Assembly (NCBI GenBank): GCA_965216755.1
Contig: CBDCGL010000011.1
Location: forward strand, 608,001 to 672,000
Length of the DNA stretch: 64,000 nt
Direction: 5' to 3'
From: Alphaproteobacteria bacterium
GTDB lineage: Bacteria > Pseudomonadota > Alphaproteobacteria > UBA7887
Shown piece after piece: positions 58,857-64,000 of the stretch (the first letter of the stretch is position 1; each line of letters opens with the position of its first letter). The translations under genes and the position numbers were made by a program. The notes below the pieces were generated by a model. It had not been told where the DNA came from. It saw only the letters and a program-made list of their open reading frames with translations, and did no database searches.

Positions 58857-60697
58857 CTGTGCTGGGCGGAACTGGGTGCGAAATTATCTGTTTCGTCAAC
58901 GAGATCTAGTCCCTCGCCGTCTTGGAATTGAAGTCGATAGAGGCGCCCAAAATGACCATTCTGTTGCTTGAGTGAGCTAATGCTACCCTGTTCGACGATT
59001 TTGCCACGGTCGAGCACGACTATGTTGTCGGCACGTTCTATCGTAGACAATCTGTGGGCAACGACGACCACTGTTCGGTCGCGGCTCAATTCTTCCAAGG
59101 CCGATTGAATGAGATGTTCCGACACTGCGTCTAGCGCATTTGTCGCTTCATCCAAAATCAAAAAATCCGGATCCCGAATGAATGCTCGCGCAATGGTCAG
59201 GCGTTGTTTTTGACCACCGGAAAGGCGCACGCCGCGGTCGCCGACTTCGGTGTCGTAACCATTGTTGAATTGGACGATGAATTCATGCGCACGCGCCAAC
59301 TTGGCGGCTTCAATGATTTCTTCCTCCGTCGCGCCGGGCCGCCCGTAAGCAATATTGTCGCGAATGCTGGCGTTGAAACAATATGGCGTTTGTTCGACGA
59401 TGGCGATGCGCTGGCGCCAGGCCTTTAAGTCGAGATCCTCTAGAGGTGTGCCGTCGACCAGAATTTGGCCACTCGTCGGATCGTAAAAGCGGAGCAACAG
59501 CTTAATGACCGTGCTCTTGCCGGCACCGGAAGCACCCACCAAGGCGGTTGTCTTGCCGCGCGGGAAGGCCACGGAAATATCGTCCAAAGCCGGCGCATGT
59601 TCATTGCCGTATTTAAAGGCAACATCACGGAATTCGATCTGGCTGCGCAGGCCGTCGAACGGCACACTGCCGGAATGAACATAGGGCTTGTTGGTGCGTT
59701 CCAACAAGTAGGACGACTCCCGGACAGCCGCGACCTCGGTCGACAGCCGCACGCGCGCCATTTCGGCCGCCTTAATGTTGGGGGCGAGGCGCAGCATGAT
59801 GAAGATGAATACGATCAGTTCGGGTATTGCGTTGCCGAAATGCCCACTGCTGAGAAGGATGATCACCATGAGCAACGAGGCGAAAATCTCATAGATGGGG
59901 CTCACCATCTCGATAAAGATCGTCTTCTTAAACGTGAAATTGCGGTGATCTTTGGAATTGCGTTCGAATCTTTCGCGTTCATAGTCTTCCCGGCCGAACG
60001 CGCGTATGACGTTGATTCCTTCAACGCCTTCGATCATCCGCTTCGACAGCGCTTTGTTCGCCTCAGTAATCCAATGTCCGAAGGCTGAAGACCGATGGGC
60101 AAGCCACAACACAATGCCACCGACAGCGGCCGCCAAAAGGAAGAAAACAAGTGCCAGTTGCCAAGAAACGACGAACAACAGCGCGATATAGACGATGACC
60201 GTGCACAATGACGAAACCATCACCAAGAACACGATAATGGCATCGCTGGTGCGAACGGTTTCGGTGATCAGGGCATTCAAAATCCGACCGACGTCCGATT
60301 TCTCAAGAAAGCGGTGACTCACCGTCATAACTTGGTCGAAAATCCCAGAACGTAGACGGTGGCTAATATGAGATTGAAGCCATCCGGTCAGGACGCGGTT
60401 GGCATAGGCGAGTATCGACTGCATGAAAATGGCAGAAAGAATGGTCAATGAAATAAATGTAATGCGTGTTTCGCGCGAATAGTCCGCGAACAGGCCATTC
60501 ATCGCCGTGAGCCACCAATTGGTGGTGTCCGTCATCTCGGGCGTGTTCATCAAACTATGTAGGAAGGGGATGAACAGGCTGAGGCTCAAGCCGCCGGCGA
60601 GAGATGACAGGATACCGATAAGAATGACCGTGGGCATGGCCCATGGGTAGATGTTTATCAGTGGCAGGATCGCCCTGACTGTTTGAAGCGCGCGCAT
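58853..60697 (-). CDS. ABC exporter, fused permease-ATPase (MsbA/PglK/HetA-like), in a glycan locus
   Basis: TM domain, GASGAGKST, LSGGQKQR, ILDEAT, AHRLST. Confidence 0.93.
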   Translation of the reverse strand: MRALQTVRAILPLINIYPWAMPTVILIGILSSLAGGLSLSLFIPFLHSLMNTPEMTDTTNWWLTAMNGLFADYSRETRITFISLTILSAIFMQSILAYANRVLTGWLQSHISHRLRSGIFDQVMTVSHRFLEKSDVGRILNALITETVRTSDAIIVFLVMVSSLCTVIVYIALLFVVSWQLALVFFLLAAAVGGIVLWLAHRSSAFGHWITEANKALSKRMIEGVEGINVIRAFGREDYERERFERNSKDHRNFTFKKTIFIEMVSPIYEIFASLLMVIILLSSGHFGNAIPELIVFIFIMLRLAPNIKAAEMARVRLSTEVAAVRESSYLLERTNKPYVHSGSVPFDGLRSQIEFRDVAFKYGNEHAPALDDISVAFPRGKTTALVGASGAGKSTVIKLLLRFYDPTSGQILVDGTPLEDLDLKAWRQRIAIVEQTPYCFNASIRDNIAYGRPGATEEEIIEAAKLARAHEFIVQFNNGYDTEVGDRGVRLSGGQKQRLTIARAFIRDPDFLILDEATNALDAVSEHLIQSALEELSRDRTVVVVAHRLSTIERADNIVVLDRGKIVEQGSISSLKQQNGHFGRLYRLQFQDGEGLDLVDETDNFAPSSAQHS

Positions 60698-60836
60698 GGG
60701 GTTATTCAGGTCCCCGAGGTTTGACAAGCACGGCGGCGATGCACCCGTACGTCGGCGCACCGATCATCATTTCCACGTCATTTTGCGATGATTCCGGCAT
60801 GTAACGATCAGTTCCAAAAATGCCACGGTGCGGCTC

Positions 60837-61790
60837 TCACGAGAGCGTTTCCTCAAAATACGCGATGGTCTTCTTCAAGCCTTCTTCAAGCGGGATTTTT
60901 GGTTGCCAACCCAGTTGCGTCGTGGCCGTGGCGATATTCGGCTGTCGCTGCTTGGGATCATCATCCGGCAGGGGGTGACAGACCAATTCAGATTTGGATC
61001 CCGTGATCTCAATGATCAAGCGGGCCAGATCGCCGATGCTGATCTCAGTCGGATTTCCCAAATTGACGGGCCCGGTCACATCATCCGATGCGTCCATCAG
61101 ACCGATCAGCCCTTCGATCATGTCGTCGACATAGCAGAATGAGCGCGTTTGCCCGCCGCTGCCATAGATCGTAATCGGCTCGCCGTGCAATGCTTGTCGA
61201 ATGAAATTGGACACCACGCGACCATCATTTGGGTGCATGCGCGGGCCATATGTATTGAAGATACGGGCGACCCTGATATTAAGGTTGTGCTGTCGATAAT
61301 AATCGAAAAATAGCGTCTCGGCACATCGTTTGCCCTCATCATAGCACGCGCGGGGGCCTATGGGATTTACGTTGCCCCAATAGTCTTCCTGTTGAGGATG
61401 TACATGTGGGTCGCCGTAAACTTCACTTGTTGATGCCTGCAATATTTTCGCGCGTAGGCGCTTGGCAAGACCAAGCATATTGATCGCGCCATGGACACTG
61501 GTCTTAGTCGTTTGAACTGGATCAACTTGGTAATATACCGGCGATGCGGGGCAAGCCAGGTTAAATATTTCATCAACTTCGACATATAGAGGGAATGTAA
61601 CGTCGTGTCTAATTGCTTCAAAAAACGGATTGGACAGAAGACTTAGGATGTTCTCTTTGGATCCGGTAAAGTAATTATCTACGCAAATGACTTGATCGCC
61701 ACGCGCTATGAGCCGCTCACAAAGGTGCGAACCCAAGAATCCGGCGCCGCCTGTGACCAGAACTGATTTCCTCAATCTACGTCTCCCCAA
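60837..61790 (-). CDS. uxs: UDP-glucuronate decarboxylase (UDP-xylose synthase)
   Basis: [53 protein letters not shown]. Confidence 0.94.
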   Translation of the reverse strand: MGRRRLRKSVLVTGGAGFLGSHLCERLIARGDQVICVDNYFTGSKENILSLLSNPFFEAIRHDVTFPLYVEVDEIFNLACPASPVYYQVDPVQTTKTSVHGAINMLGLAKRLRAKILQASTSEVYGDPHVHPQQEDYWGNVNPIGPRACYDEGKRCAETLFFDYYRQHNLNIRVARIFNTYGPRMHPNDGRVVSNFIRQALHGEPITIYGSGGQTRSFCYVDDMIEGLIGLMDASDDVTGPVNLGNPTEISIGDLARLIIEITGSKSELVCHPLPDDDPKQRQPNIATATTQLGWQPKIPLEEGLKKTIAYFEETLS

Positions 61791-61983
61791 TCACGCATGA
61801 TGGGCGTTTCGTTCTCGGCGCCAATCTAACGATCGGTCCGTCGGGCGGCGTTCTGCCAGGTGTTGCGTGTCGGGACCGTACCGCGGGCCGGGACGCCCCA
61901 GTATTGGCTTTGGGGCCTACCGCACGCTCTTCTGCGTCGGTTGTCCCCTATGAGTGGGTATCGCGCCGGAAGCGGCGCCCAAG

Positions 61984-64000
61984 TCAGCCGGTATAGTAGC
62001 GTCGCACCTCGCGATAAATCATGCCTGAGGTGCCGGTGTCATAGCTCGCATACCGACCGACATCGACCATCGTGATCAAGACGCCGATGACTTTGGCGCC
62101 TGCATCGGTAATCTTTTCCAGAGCCGCCGCCGCGGCTTTGATCGGCGTTTGCCCCCAGCGCGACAACAGGACCGTCGCGTCAGCAAGCTCACCAAGAACC
62201 AGGCTATCGGTGACGGCCAGAATCGGTGGCGAATCGAGAATGACCAGATCGTACTGCTCGCGTGCCGAATTCACCAAATCGCGCATCCGCTGCGACGCGA
62301 GAACCTCGGACGAACGTTGGACGGGGCGACCACCGGTCAACACATTGGCCTGGGTCACGGGATCCGTTTGCACAGTATCAGCAAGCGCGGCATTGGCACG
62401 GAGGCAATCGCCCAGACCGGGCCGTTTCGGCAGTTCAAACGCACCATGAATCGAAGGGCGTCGCAAATCGCAGTCGATGGTCAGGACTCTTTTGCCAGTC
62501 GACGCGAGTAAGCGCGTCAGCGCCGCGCAAATCGATGTCTTGCCCTCGTTAGGCAACGCAGAAACGATCAAGACCACCTTCGCCGGGGTGTCGTCGCCGG
62601 CCATCAAGATGCTCGTGTAAAGACTGCGTATCGCCTCGCCGAACGCGGAGCCGGGCTTCTCCAGTACAAAACTGGATGGTGATGCTTCCGATCGCCATCC
62701 GGTCCGTAGCCGCGGCACGATTCCCAACGGTACGGCGCCGAGGCGTCGCTGGACTTGGTCTTCTGTCCTGATCGTTTGATCGAGCGCTTCCGCGATTAGC
62801 GCAATCAAAATTGCGACCGCGATCGACGCGGCACACGCCGCGGTCAGCAGCATATTTGTTCGTGGAAATGACGGAGACAGAGGAACACCGGCCTTCGAAA
62901 TAATCGCCGCATCCGGTTGTTGCACGGCCTCGCGCGAATCGGTTTCTTTGTAACGGGCGAGAAACTCCTCCAGCAAGGCGCGACTTGCTTCGGCTTCCCT
63001 TTCAAGTGCGCGAAGTTGAACTTCCTTTGAATTTTGCTGGCCCACTTCGCCCTTGAGTTCGTTGACGGCACGATTGAGCTCGGTCTCGCGCGCCTGAGCA
63101 ACCGCAACTTCATTGCGCAAGGCTTGGGTAATTTTGATGATTTCCGCGTTGATCGCGTTGCGCACGTCAACCGCTTCCGCGCGCTTGTTGATCATGGTCG
63201 GATGACGGTCGCCATACTCTTCGCCGAGTTCGGCGACTTCTTGGGCGATCTGGATCTCCCTTTGCCGCAGGCTGACGATCAGCGGCGAATTTAATACGTC
63301 GCTGACGGTATCAATCCCAGCGCCCGACTGAATGACGTATTCAATCTGGACCAATCGCGCCTCAGCCTCTGCGCGCGCCGACCGCGCAGACATCAGCTGG
63401 CTGCTCGCTTCCGAGACCTGTTCAGCACTCAGCGTCACATCTCGACCGCGTATGAGACCCGATGTCCGTCGGAACGTTTCGACGGCACTTTCGGCGTCAG
63501 CGACTTGGGCGCGCAATTCTTCGATGCGATCGCTCAACCACGCGTTGGCATTGCGGGTTGCCAACGATTTCTGGGCAATCTGCGATTCGATATACAGAGC
63601 GGCCAGTGTATTTGCGACGTGGGACGCGGTTTCTGCCTCGATGGACCGAACACGGAGATTGATGACCCGCGAACGTCCCTCTTGGGAGACGTCTAAGTGC
63701 GATAGAAATATGTTGATGATGAGTTCGCGCTCGCGATCGACCGGTCCGACTATGTCGACGCCGTTCACATGTCCGTCATCGGCAACCCCGTCGAAATCGC
63801 CACTGCCATTCGCGTCCGCCGCTGCGGTGTTGCGGTTGGCTTGCCGCGCCGCGTCCATCAGATCATTCCAGGTATCGGGTACCCAGGCGATGGCCTTGGC
63901 AAGAGCGCCTCGCTCCTTCGGCGGGCGCAGCCGCGGATTGAATTCCGGATTTCTATCCAGTCGCAAGCGGTCGACAACTTGGTCGGCAAGGGCGCGCGAC
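61984..64000 (-). CDS. Wzc/ExoP/GumC polysaccharide co-polymerase with BY-kinase domain (5' end beyond window)
   Basis: Coiled coil, P..PSFP, TM helix, Walker A SALPNEGKTS, IDCDLRRP, ILDSPP, Tyr-rich tail YASY...IY...YY. Confidence 0.92.
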   Translation of the reverse strand, partial: SRALADQVVDRLRLDRNPEFNPRLRPPKERGALAKAIAWVPDTWNDLMDAARQANRNTAAADANGSGDFDGVADDGHVNGVDIVGPVDRERELIINIFLSHLDVSQEGRSRVINLRVRSIEAETASHVANTLAALYIESQIAQKSLATRNANAWLSDRIEELRAQVADAESAVETFRRTSGLIRGRDVTLSAEQVSEASSQLMSARSARAEAEARLVQIEYVIQSGAGIDTVSDVLNSPLIVSLRQREIQIAQEVAELGEEYGDRHPTMINKRAEAVDVRNAINAEIIKITQALRNEVAVAQARETELNRAVNELKGEVGQQNSKEVQLRALEREAEASRALLEEFLARYKETDSREAVQQPDAAIISKAGVPLSPSFPRTNMLLTAACAASIAVAILIALIAEALDQTIRTEDQVQRRLGAVPLGIVPRLRTGWRSEASPSSFVLEKPGSAFGEAIRSLYTSILMAGDDTPAKVVLIVSALPNEGKTSICAALTRLLASTGKRVLTIDCDLRRPSIHGAFELPKRPGLGDCLRANAALADTVQTDPVTQANVLTGGRPVQRSSEVLASQRMRDLVNSAREQYDLVILDSPPILAVTDSLVLGELADATVLLSRWGQTPIKAAAAALEKITDAGAKVIGVLITMVDVGRYASYDTGTSGMIYREVRRYYTG

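Overview
GC-rich alphaproteobacterial chromosome segment (gene content and order resemble Rhodospirillales-like lineages; this is inference). It has a housekeeping backbone (ridA, eipB, dinB, DUF3572, rpmG, DUF983, rnr, topA, dprA, plsY, pyrC-like, pyrB, ruvX, gatCAB, tag, ygfZ) interrupted by accessory modules. These are: an SPFH/NfeD plus DUF2157/DUF4401/GDYXXLXY envelope cluster; a PotABCD-type amine-uptake operon carrying an atypical GT1-fold protein, a cupin and an ALDH, opposite a FAD amine oxidase; a DUF2868/GTPase/DUF4126 cluster; a GntR/NHL/oxidoreductase module; and the edge of an exopolysaccharide locus. No rRNA, tRNA, CRISPR array, transposase or phage gene was recognised. The strongest non-coding signals are three palindromic intergenic elements. 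The most striking is a 349-bp nested element (15291-15639) with CTAGAGC...GCTCTAG ends enclosing two mirror-symmetric hairpins of identical geometry. Protein family calls come from motif recognition only, not database searches.
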